Shown here: positions 12,451-22,400 of the stretch, piece after piece | How positions within the stretch are numbered: position 1 is the first letter of the stretch | How the letters are laid out: each line of letters begins with the position of its first letter | DNA from: Epithemia pelagica | Taxonomy: Eukaryota; Protista; Bacillariophyta | Assembly (NCBI GenBank): GCA_946965045.2 | Contig: OX337238.1 | Coordinates: 124,001 to 188,000, forward strand | Direction of reading: 5' to 3' | DNA: 64,000 nt | Notes under the pieces: model-generated | Databases searched by the model: none | What the model was told of the DNA's origin: nothing | Seen by the model: the letters and a program-made list of their open reading frames with translations, nothing else | Program-made: the position numbers and the translations under genes

Positions 12451-13826
12451 ACTACTGGTTTGGTTTGGTTTGGTTTGGTTTGGTGTTTTGTCTGGTCTTT
12501 TTTCGTCAAAACACACACACGAGGATTGACTCCTACTACAACGGGTTCCTTTTGGGGTATCTGGTTCCGTCTCCTCTTGCGCGACTATGTGTCTGTGTGG
12601 GAGTCCTTCGTCGCTTGACTCTCTCGTTATCTGGTCTGGTTGGTGGTGATCTGCTGCTCTTGTGTTATTATTCTTGCGGTGGCGTCATTGTCGTAACGAG
12701 AGAGCTGCCCTCTATGTATGTTCCGATTTCCAACCGTGGTGCGCACGATAGTCGGATGGCTGGCGTCCATTTCGAGCAGGCCACGCCGTATCGGGGACGG
12801 GCGATCCGACCATCCTCACAAACTCTCTCTCTCTCGTACCACACACAACCAAAGGGCCAAGGCAGCGAGAAGAAGAAGAAGGAGACAATGGGAGAGACAA
12901 CACATGGACACACACAATTGCTTGGAACTGCCACAAAACGATCCCCACGATACTAGTCTGCACAAGACCAATGCGGACTCAGTTTCCATCTCTCTCTGGT
13001 TGGATGCGGCAAACTCATGTTGTACTCTCCGGATATGATAGATCCCCCAGCAGGATTGCAAGGTAGAGATGTGTTTCAGGTAGCAGGAGTACCTGCCTAC
13101 AAATTCGGTGTAAGAATGGAGCCACGTGTCGGTGACGCAAGAGTCGCCCAAATGATTTCCTATTAGTAGATGCTCTAGCTTGCTCTCTACTGCTCTGTTA
13201 CTAGTAGGTTGGAGTAGAGGCGAATGTAGTTAGAATTCATTGCATGTGGACAGGTTCCGGTCGGTAGATCCTTCTTTACCTCCAGAGTAGCTATTTTAGT
13301 AGTAGAGGACCAAAGTGCTCTTGGAGAATGGGTAGACATACCTTCACCGATTGTCCCCATTCATCTTGATCGCGACACAACAATACACACAGAATGGAAA
13401 TTCATGATCCGGTTGTCGAATCTCGACAAGATTGTCCAGATTCCACATCCTCCTTGTTTCTGGTGCGATCCGAGGAGGCATGCCATCAACGGACCAATTT
13501 GTGGGACGTTGCTCGTGTCTTTATGGGCGCATGGAACATGCTTTGTGTATAGGAGTATTGTAGGTACTCCGCTCTGTATTTAGGAGTAGGACCTATCTTT
13601 TGTCCAACAAGATTGGCAGTCGCGCGCAGGCCAAAATTTACACACGAACCACATAACCATGGGTCTCCTCCGCAAAAATGCAAACCAATATTTCGAAAGA
13701 CACACACACGATCGATCGATCGCATCGCATCGCATCGACACAGTCTTTGGACAGCTAGAACCACAACAAGCACAACCACATCCTTGCCATTGTTGCAACA
13801 ACAACAACAACAACAACAACAGAAAA

Positions 13827-16088
13827 ATGGTGAAGGAAAACAATGGTCGTGGTCACGCCCGACGCATGTGGAACCGCATTGGTGCCACGGCCGTCGGTGC
13901 CACTTTGGTGCTGGGCGTACTGACGGTTACCGGTGGATGGGCGTGGTTGTGGGAGACCAGTCCTTCGGCGCAATCGCTCGATCGATGGACGCAAGAACGA
14001 GAATCCGCATCGGAAGAATCAGAAGAAGAAGATCGTCCGGCGCGACGACACAATGGCGGCATGCATGGCCATCGTCGAGGCTTTCGAGGTGCCGACGGCC
14101 ATGGTGGAGGACGACGACATGCTGGCGGCGGCGGCGGCCGTCCGCGCCGACACCGAGTCGAGGAAGACGATGAAGATGAAGATGAAGATGAACAAGAACA
14201 AGAAGGACCGTGGCGTCCTCGGCGTCCTCCGTACAATCCCTATTATAACCAAAATGGAGAGCCCTACAACAATTTTGGCGGCGGTGATCCCTACAATCCC
14301 TATGGTGGAGCTGGAGGTGGTGGCAACCCCTTCAATCCCTTTGGAGGAGCCGGAGGTGGCGGAGGAGATCCCTACAATCCCTATGGTGGTGGTGGCGGTG
14401 GAGGGGATCCTTACAATCCCTATGGAGCAGGCGGTGGAGGAGGTGATCCCTACAATCCCTATGGTGGTGGTGGCGGTGGAGGGGATCCTTACAATCCCTA
14501 TGGAGGAGCCGGAGGAGGAGGTGGTCCGTTCAATCCCTACGGCGGCGCCGGAGGAGGTGGTGGAGGAGATCCCTACAATCCCTATGGAGGAGCAGGAGCC
14601 GGAGGTGGTCCGTTCAACCCCTATGGTGGAGGAGGAGGTGGAGGTCCGTTCAATCCCTATGGTGGAGGTGGTGGAGGTGGAAACTTTCCCGATATGATGA
14701 ACAATTTTGGGGGTGGCAATCCGCAAATGGGTGGTCCCCCACAATACGGACGAGGCATGCAAGAAGAACAAGAGGACGAAGACGATGAGGAGCCCAATGA
14801 CACGGCAAACAAGGAGAACAATGACGAATGGGTCTTGCAACAAATTGTCCAAGGCAAATTGCAATTGGTGGATTTGGAACTCCGTCATGATCGGGTCGAG
14901 TCCATTTTGCAAAAGCAGCAATCGTTGTCATCGTCGTCATTGGACTATACCAAGTTGATTCAGGCCAGTTTTTGTCGCCTCGATTGGTCCTCGCACGAAC
15001 AGGATCCTTCCCAAACACCCATGTTCCGCATGGTGGTCCACCAATCGCCGCAGTGTCGCGACGAAGAGGATTGGTACGATATCGACTTGTATCGCGTCGT
15101 GCAAGCCCTGCAGCAGCAACAAACATTGGCCGCGTCCATTCTCCCCGTGGCCGGGGTCGTCTTTCACGAATCGCGGTGTGGCTCGACGTTGGTGGCCAAT
15201 TTGTTGCAATGGCATAATCCCCAAGAGAATATTGTCTACAGCGAATCAGCACCCATGGGTGCTGCCTTGACCGCCCTGCAAAAGAAACCACACGAAACCT
15301 CCCAACACGACCAACAACACGCCTTGCATTTGCAAGTCTTGCGAGATGTCGTTCGCGTCATGTCCATTGCACCCGCCTCCTCCAACAAGCGTCGCGTCTT
15401 TTTCAAGTTTCAATCCAAGGGCACGACCGCCCTGAATATCTTTCAACAAGCCTTGCCCGACACGCCGTGGATCTTTGTCTATCGCGATCCGGTCGAAGTA
15501 TTAATGAGTCATTTGCATCCGTCCGATCATCCCGACATGCGACCGGAACAAGCCCGTTGTGTCCAATCGCAACAGTGGGGACCCCCCGCGGACGTGAAAC
15601 ACGTTGTCCAACAGTATGCTCCCGCTGCCACGTCGGCCCGTGAGTTGACGTCCACGGACTATTGTGCCGCCCATTTGGCCACCTTGACCGAAGCCGCCAC
15701 ACGGGCCTTGACGTCCAACAGTAGTAGTGGTGGAGTGGCGGTGAATTACCAGGATTTGCCCACTATCTTGATTGAGGATATTTTGCCCAAGGTTTGGAAG
15801 TTGGAGGTCAATGAGGCGGCCCGACACCGTATGGAACAGGGCAGTACCAGTTATAGCAAGGGGGGCATTCATGCCACATCCGACGCGCACGGCAAATTTG
15901 TCAGTGATGTCGCCTCCAAACAAGAACGCGCATCTCCCGCCATTGTGTCGGCCGCACAAACCTATTTGCAACCCTCCTATACCAAACTGCAAGCCTTGGC
16001 CCACCAAGCCCACGAACACCATCACTTTACGACGACAACAAAAACAACAACATCAAAAACAACAAGCACAAGTACGACGACCAAGTAA
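13827..16088 (+). CDS. Type II membrane sulfotransferase-like protein, paralog B, with a Gly/Pro/Tyr/Asn repeat stem
   Basis: TM (AVGATLVLGVLTVTGGWAWLW), about 11 G4-7-(D)P(Y/F)NP(Y/F) repeats, and FHESRCGSTL and FVYRDPVEVLMS motifs. Likely start MVKENN at 13827. Confidence 0.78.
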   Translation: MVKENNGRGHARRMWNRIGATAVGATLVLGVLTVTGGWAWLWETSPSAQSLDRWTQERESASEESEEEDRPARRHNGGMHGHRRGFRGADGHGGGRRHAGGGGGRPRRHRVEEDDEDEDEDEQEQEGPWRPRRPPYNPYYNQNGEPYNNFGGGDPYNPYGGAGGGGNPFNPFGGAGGGGGDPYNPYGGGGGGGDPYNPYGAGGGGGDPYNPYGGGGGGGDPYNPYGGAGGGGGPFNPYGGAGGGGGGDPYNPYGGAGAGGGPFNPYGGGGGGGPFNPYGGGGGGGNFPDMMNNFGGGNPQMGGPPQYGRGMQEEQEDEDDEEPNDTANKENNDEWVLQQIVQGKLQLVDLELRHDRVESILQKQQSLSSSSLDYTKLIQASFCRLDWSSHEQDPSQTPMFRMVVHQSPQCRDEEDWYDIDLYRVVQALQQQQTLAASILPVAGVVFHESRCGSTLVANLLQWHNPQENIVYSESAPMGAALTALQKKPHETSQHDQQHALHLQVLRDVVRVMSIAPASSNKRRVFFKFQSKGTTALNIFQQALPDTPWIFVYRDPVEVLMSHLHPSDHPDMRPEQARCVQSQQWGPPADVKHVVQQYAPAATSARELTSTDYCAAHLATLTEAATRALTSNSSSGGVAVNYQDLPTILIEDILPKVWKLEVNEAARHRMEQGSTSYSKGGIHATSDAHGKFVSDVASKQERASPAIVSAAQTYLQPSYTKLQALAHQAHEHHHFTTTTKTTTSKTTSTSTTTK
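14230..14690 (+). repeat. Coding minisatellite of ~30-39-bp units (GGGGDPYNPYG)
   Basis: Repeated GATCCCTACAATCCCTATGG / CCGTTCAATCCCTA cores separated by GGA/GGT/GGC runs. Confidence 0.9.
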
Positions 16089-16552
16089 CTGCGATATATA
16101 TACATGGAAGTCTGCCGCAAACGGGGGTGTTTCACACATGTTCTCTTACAAAAAAAAACACGAGGGGTGAGTGTGGAATCCACAAAGGACTACTGTATGA
16201 ATTGATTTATAGATCATACGTGTACCGATACGACTCTTCTTTGTCTCTCAAGTATACGGTAGCGTTTCTTGTGATTGTGTGTGTGCGTGTGCGGCAGGAA
16301 CCCAAGAAGGAAACAAGGTTGAAACCGCTCAAGGACGACATCAGGACGAAACGAACAGAACGAGAACCACTCCCGTCGTCACGAGCATATGGTCTAAACG
16401 TATGGGTCGATTTCGAAGACTGTGTGAACTATAGATGGAGGAATCGAAACAAGTCTTCTTTGTGATTGACAATATCAGTTTCTATTTCTGTGTTCGCTTA
16501 TTTATTTTTTCATTATAAAACTCAATGGAGCGGTCTTGGAGATCCACTTGCA

Positions 16553-17947
16553 CTATTTCACCGCAACAAGAACAAACAACATGAAAAGACCAACAAGAAC
16601 AGTGACCATTCCACCTCCGGCACGAGCAAAGGCCGCACTCGTGCCAGTCAAGGAAGTGTCACCTTCCACCGCATCGACCGTGTCCTCCATGACTTGGACC
16701 AATTCCGTATAGGTGCAAGGCAAAAAGACTTGGGTACTGTCCAACGCAGCATCCTCACCATCGACCAAGGTAATGGAAGCGTATTGGAGACAAACGTCCA
16801 TGCTCGTGTCGTCGTCGTCGTCATTTTGGCTTTCGGTCAAGACACGATTGTTATTGTCTGGCCCATCTAGGCTCAGAGTGACGGCCGTTTCTTCGGCCAA
16901 GGGATCGTCCAGAGAAGGAACTGCAGCGGCACAAGAAACATCGCATGTCTCGTCCGTGATATTCGCCACTTGATTGACCAAACAATCCATCAATTCTTCC
17001 AAGGGATCCAAGACGCAGGGAGGACAACACGACACGATCTCACACGTGGGTGCAATGAGCTCGGTTTGAATATCGGCACAGGTTGTCAAGGCGGAGTAAT
17101 TGACGCCCGCAAAGGGATTGTCCAAGGGCAATTGCGCACTGCAATTGGCACGACACGTGGCCGCATTTTCACGACCACATTGATGCAAACTTCGAAGCGC
17201 TTGACGGATGCAAGAACGAGGATGATTCTGACGAGCTTCTTGAATCGTTTCATTCAAACAGTCTGCCACTTCGTCCAAGCAGGGAGCCGTGGCATTGATA
17301 AAGCGTTGGCGGCGTTTTCGGCGTTTTCGGCGGTTCTCGCGACGATTCTGGTATCGTTCAAACAAGTCCGACAAGGGCGTCGTATCTTCTGGTTCTTCCT
17401 CCACCTCGTCCACCAGTTCCGGATCATTCTCTTGAATGCATTCCACCAACTCAGCAAAGGTTGTGCCATTGGAGGACGTCTCGGGATCTCCCTCGGCATC
17501 AGTATCCACAACATTTGTATCATTGCCAAAAATGACACAGTCCTGACGATCCGCGTACCGTTTCACACAGTCGTACAAGTCTTGAGGATCGGTGGTGCGA
17601 AAACAACGAGGCAACCAGAGATAAATGGGATTTTGACTGGCCGCGACCCAAAACTCTCCTGTTTTTTCCGGGCGATCGCTGTCTTGATCTCGGTCCGGAC
17701 CCCAAAAGGGAAAGTTTTGACGAAAGTTGGCTGCCCGGCCACGACGGCCATCACCTTCTTCGGTTCCACTGCCTTGTTCCGTAGTCGAGCCATCACGCGG
17801 ACCACCACCTAGACCAAAGCCTTGAAGGTTTCTTTGAGGACCATTGCCATGACGACCCAGGGCACGAAGTTCTTGAGAGGTGACACCCATCATTCCCACT
17901 GTCCAAAGGACAAAAGTCATTGCGCTAGAACTTGAAACCACCTTCAT
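16553..17947 (-). CDS. Cys-rich secreted protein with C-terminal GPI/TM anchor, copy 1 of 4
   Basis: Signal-like N-terminus, RXL motifs, polybasic linker, Cys-rich domain (CEIVSCCPPC) and hydrophobic C-terminus. Near-identical copies at 34640, 37506 and 42135. Confidence 0.75.
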   Translation of the reverse strand: MKVVSSSSAMTFVLWTVGMMGVTSQELRALGRHGNGPQRNLQGFGLGGGPRDGSTTEQGSGTEEGDGRRGRAANFRQNFPFWGPDRDQDSDRPEKTGEFWVAASQNPIYLWLPRCFRTTDPQDLYDCVKRYADRQDCVIFGNDTNVVDTDAEGDPETSSNGTTFAELVECIQENDPELVDEVEEEPEDTTPLSDLFERYQNRRENRRKRRKRRQRFINATAPCLDEVADCLNETIQEARQNHPRSCIRQALRSLHQCGRENAATCRANCSAQLPLDNPFAGVNYSALTTCADIQTELIAPTCEIVSCCPPCVLDPLEELMDCLVNQVANITDETCDVSCAAAVPSLDDPLAEETAVTLSLDGPDNNNRVLTESQNDDDDDTSMDVCLQYASITLVDGEDAALDSTQVFLPCTYTELVQVMEDTVDAVEGDTSLTGTSAAFARAGGGMVTVLVGLFMLFVLVAVK

Positions 17948-18229
17948 AATGTTTGTTTCTATCCTTGTTGTTCTCTTGACCAGAAGTAAAATTGTGAGCT
18001 TAACGAGGGAGGATGATAGATATCCAATGGACTCTCGAATCCTTGTCCATGTGGTTGCATCTCTAGGTAGGCAACCGTACGAGTGCTACTACTAGAGGCT
18101 TTGAATCTTGTCAAAATTTGATACGATTGCGACAGAATGTCCATCAATCCTACTCGCATCTTTGAATTAATCTGGACTATTGGGTAGATTGAGTCTTTCT
18201 TGATAGCACTCGATTGGGTTTAGAATTCA

Positions 18230-19200
18230 GTCACAGTTCCGAGTCAACGATTACATCATATCGATCCAATAATGAAAATGTACATATGATAATTATATTA
18301 TATTAGATGCGAACAGATTGGTTGTAGAAGACGAAATGACCGGTACTGGGTAGGTTCCGAATAGCTACCCCTTTCAATGAGACTCCGTGATTCAGGAAAT
18401 TGCGTCTCAATGCGGTATCTCTCTCTCGAACTTTTTTGCAAATATAGGCGTTGTACCATTGGATCTATCCCGTACGAATGGAGGACAAACAATACCAGAG
18501 CACGCCGCAGCAACATTGATCTACCAGTAGTATCCACCTCATGGATTCAATCGTTTCAAATCTTACCGATATACTAGACTCTTGTCGTCCGTAATCGCAT
18601 GGATGATCCATCTCCAATCTCGACATGCCAGAGTTCGCTTCTCGGCAAACGGCCAATCCTCCATGGGCCGTGTCCCGGCATTCCCTCGGCGAGGTGCCAA
18701 GCGAGCGTGCCCATCAAGCACCATCGCAACCACTATTGGTTCCACAACAAGAAGCGGTTCGGCCGGGGTCCCCCGAAACGACCCACAGAAGGACAATGGC
18801 ACACAATAGTATAAGACCATGGACACCGGACAAGAAGAACACGAATGGATTTTTCGGCGAGGATTTGGATGACAGGAACCAAAACGACAACAAGAACCCA
18901 ACTCCTACTACTGTGTTGTCTCTCAAGAAGAGCAAGAACAAGACGAAGTGGTTCCATTGGTCCAGTGTTCTTGTAGAGACGACCCCCTCGTTACACCAGT
19001 CGTTCATGCTTACCGTTGGAGTCGTATGGCGTACGTCGTTATTGTCCACGATACCCCCACCATCCTTCTTTTGCTTTCTTGTTGTACAAGGTAGCAAGTC
19101 AACTTGTGTTTTTTCCCCTCTGGGTTCCTCCCTGTACAGGATCCAAAGCGGTTGTTTTCTTTCTTGAGGACTGGATTCCATGTACGACGACTCGTAGAAC
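18230..19200. repeat. Intergenic repeat R, copy 1, left part; continues at 25373-26226 and 32307-32450, interrupted by the two Copia elements
   Basis: Collinear with 39170-41230 and 43800-45634 once the two elements are removed. Confidence 0.85.
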
Positions 19201-19438
19201 TGTTGAAACTTCTAACAAGCCGTGCCGTAAAAGCAACTCTTTATAGGCTTATCGAACTACGTATTCTCCATTGAATGAGCGTTGGCTCTCTTGTTCGTTC
19301 TTTCGTTGCTTTTGCCACGTCTACAAACCAATGTCCATGATTCCGCATCTTGCGAATGGCCTATATCTTGCGAATGGCCAGTCGCACCAGTCGCACCTTG
19401 GTCCTCTATATTCACCGGTTGCTCTGCTATCCTCAACA
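19201..19438 (-). repeat. 3' LTR of Copia element 1
   Basis: Identical to 25135-25372 by direct comparison; ends TGTTG..CAACA. Confidence 0.97.
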
Positions 19439-22400
19439 CACTCCTTTGTGCCGAGGAATGATATTTACTATCCGATGGTACATTCATGATGATATCACGC
19501 AATTGGTAGAAGATGCGACCTTGTAATGGCTTGGTAAAAAAATCGGCGACCATCTCTTCAGTCGGACAGAATGCAATATCCATCTCTTTGCGCTTGATGC
19601 AGTCCGTGATATAAAAGTAGCGAAGGTTGATATGTTTGGTTCGCTTCGAACTGGATAGCCGTCCATTTTTCGCCAATAGAATACTACTCTGATTGTCTTG
19701 ATGTAGGGTTACGTCCTTGATCTCATGGCCTTGGGCCTGTATGAAATTCTTGGTCCAGATGATAGACGGGAGTACATCGTGTATCCCAATAAGTTCACAT
19801 TCAGTTGAACTACGGGCCACGAGTTTTTGTTTCGATGAAGCCGTCACCACTGCTCCTTTTCCCATGGTCATGAAACCCCCAGTGTGTCCTTTTAGATCGG
19901 GGTGAGTCGCATAAGATGCGTCAACCCACCACCACAGATGCATCATTGGGTCACCTTCTAGACGCAGGATCAAATCGCGTGTGGATTGTAAATACTTCAG
20001 AACCCGTCCGAGTTTGCGGTAGTCATCATCATCAGGAGCCATGACACGGGTGCTGAGAAAAGTTACGGCAGTCCGTATATCAGGGCGACCACGTTGTGCC
20101 ATATAAGCGAGTTGCATGGTCACACTGTGGAACCGGTCTGATTTTGTTTCATCCAGCTTGTGAGCCTTTGGGTTCACATGATAAAGGTGTTTGGCTGCGG
20201 GACTACGGGCTCGCCCAATCCATTCTTTTGGTAAGTCAAGTAGGATGGTCTCAAGATACGATCTCATATCCACTTGAACCACACCATCTTCCCCATAGTC
20301 GAGGAACATGCCAAGGTAATCGTGTCGAGTACCCTCAGACACTGAGATCTCGCCCAACTGTCCGAACTCCGCTCGTAGGTCATCCAAAAATTGATGAACT
20401 ACCTTGCCATCAACGTGCGAGACTTTTAAATCGTCAATATGCCACGTCACAGTGAGCTGTCGATCGTTTACTTGTTTGTTTGCAACACACGAGTCATATG
20501 GATTGATAACAAATCCCCAACTCTTGAGCACGGCGGTAAGCTTCTCCCAAAACAAACGAGCGGCACGAAGCGTGCCGTAAAGAGCTTTCAGCATCTCCAC
20601 ATAAATCACCGGTTGACCCTTCTCATAGGTCAAGAAAGGAGCGTAGGTGTCATAATCCACTTCCAGCAATAGCTCAGCCATCAACCCATCTAGTCGCATA
20701 TATACGTCGGGGTCCATGTCGGAGTGCATGAATGCCCCTGGTATATCAGCTACTGCAACCACGCGTCGTTCTAGAGCGTCAATCACGGCAGTGATGAAAA
20801 CGGATTCAGTAGCAACTGTGGGTGATGCCGATTCGGGTTTGTCAATATAAGCTCTTTGCTTTCTCCCGTCAGCGCAGCCTCTTCCTTTGATTTTGCCACA
20901 GCGCTTGCGTTTTAGGAACATCAAGTATCCTAACGCTTCTTGCACTTGGTTCCAAGTTAGATCAGTTTTATGAACAGCCCGTAGAACACCGCGGTCGTGT
21001 AACTGCTGTATCTCCACTTTCACAGCAGCCACGCCTTTATCACCGAACAACTTGATGCCTTTTTTCATGGGCATTTGTGGTGTGGCCATATTGATTTCCG
21101 TTGACACCAAATACAGGATTCCATCTCGCAAATAGCCATCGTAACGTCCATGCTGAAGCTTGTCCACTGCGGCATAAGAATGTCCGTAACGGTGGGCATA
21201 GCTTCTTTGTCGATTCGGCCGTAAATTGTATCGGGGTTCATTTTCGGGTTGGTTGTTGTTCTCCTGTTCAGGATCTACATCCATCCCTAAGTCCTCCTCT
21301 GTGAGAGATGCTTCTTCTTCGTTCTCCTCCTCTACTCCACCGGCTAGCTCCCTTCCCTCATCCTCCTCATCAGCATCCATATCCATCACAACATCCTCCA
21401 AAGCATCATCATAGGTCGAATCGTTACTGTCTTGTTCGTGCGCATCATGATATTGTTCATTGTCTACTGGGTCAGGCAGATTGGCTTCTGCCCCCACTCC
21501 TTGGATTTCCAACGGTTCAAGATTCAAATTGTCCAACGGCTGGTTGGGCTCTGGCTCGTTTATGACATTTTCAACATCAGGCACGTCATCTTCAGCTAAT
21601 TCATCCTCAACTAGATCATCGTCATACCGCAGATCCTCATCCATGTCCTGTACATCTTCATAGGACTCGTCATCATCATCAAACAGTTCATTGTTCTCGT
21701 CTAGGAACAAGATTCTGTTGTCACGATTGCCGAACGCTAGTCCCGGTTGCATTTCCTGACTTTGTGCCAACTGATGTACTCGTTGAATGACTTCTGCTGG
21801 CATAGGTAAAGCGGTGGCGTGATTCCTTGTGATTACTCTGCCGCTAGTGAGGCTAAGGAAGTAATAACTACCTTGCCTGTTACCGGTTGGCCTCAATGCG
21901 ATAGCTCCGATGGTTCTTGGGGCCATGGTGTTATCGTGCTGCTCATGGCACTGTACGTATTGGCCAAATTCATACCGACAATGTTTGTTGAAATCGACAT
22001 GCTCACCGGTCACGAGTAGACGTGGACTTTGTGTTTTGGAAATGCCGGTGTGATGTGGGAAGCAGTTTAACCAAAACGTGGCAAATTTGGCCAGTTCTAT
22101 CAACATGACCTTCGGTAGGGCATCGAAAGGAAGCGTGTTATAAACACAGCGCATCCTCTCCTTCACAGTCCTGATGTAACGTTCCACATCACCTACATGC
22201 TCGTCCCTGGCAGTGGAATTGATGGTGATGCCGAGGAGTTGAAGACTGGCTTGCATATCATCACTTGTAAATGCACCATCAGCCAACACAATCCTCGGTC
22301 TAATCCCGCCACGTCGGTAAACTGCCACAGTCTTCTTCAGGGATTGTACGATATTGGTGTCAGTGGTTGATTGTATGGCGTCTATCGTCCCGAAATGTAT

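Noticed and set aside
10885-12618. Plus-strand ORFs of 100-232 aa overlapping sulfotransferase paralog A
   Set aside because: Antisense shadows of a motif-bearing gene.
14230-14690. Regularly spaced repeats resembling a CRISPR array
   Set aside because: In-frame coding minisatellite in a eukaryotic gene, with no unique spacers and no cas genes.
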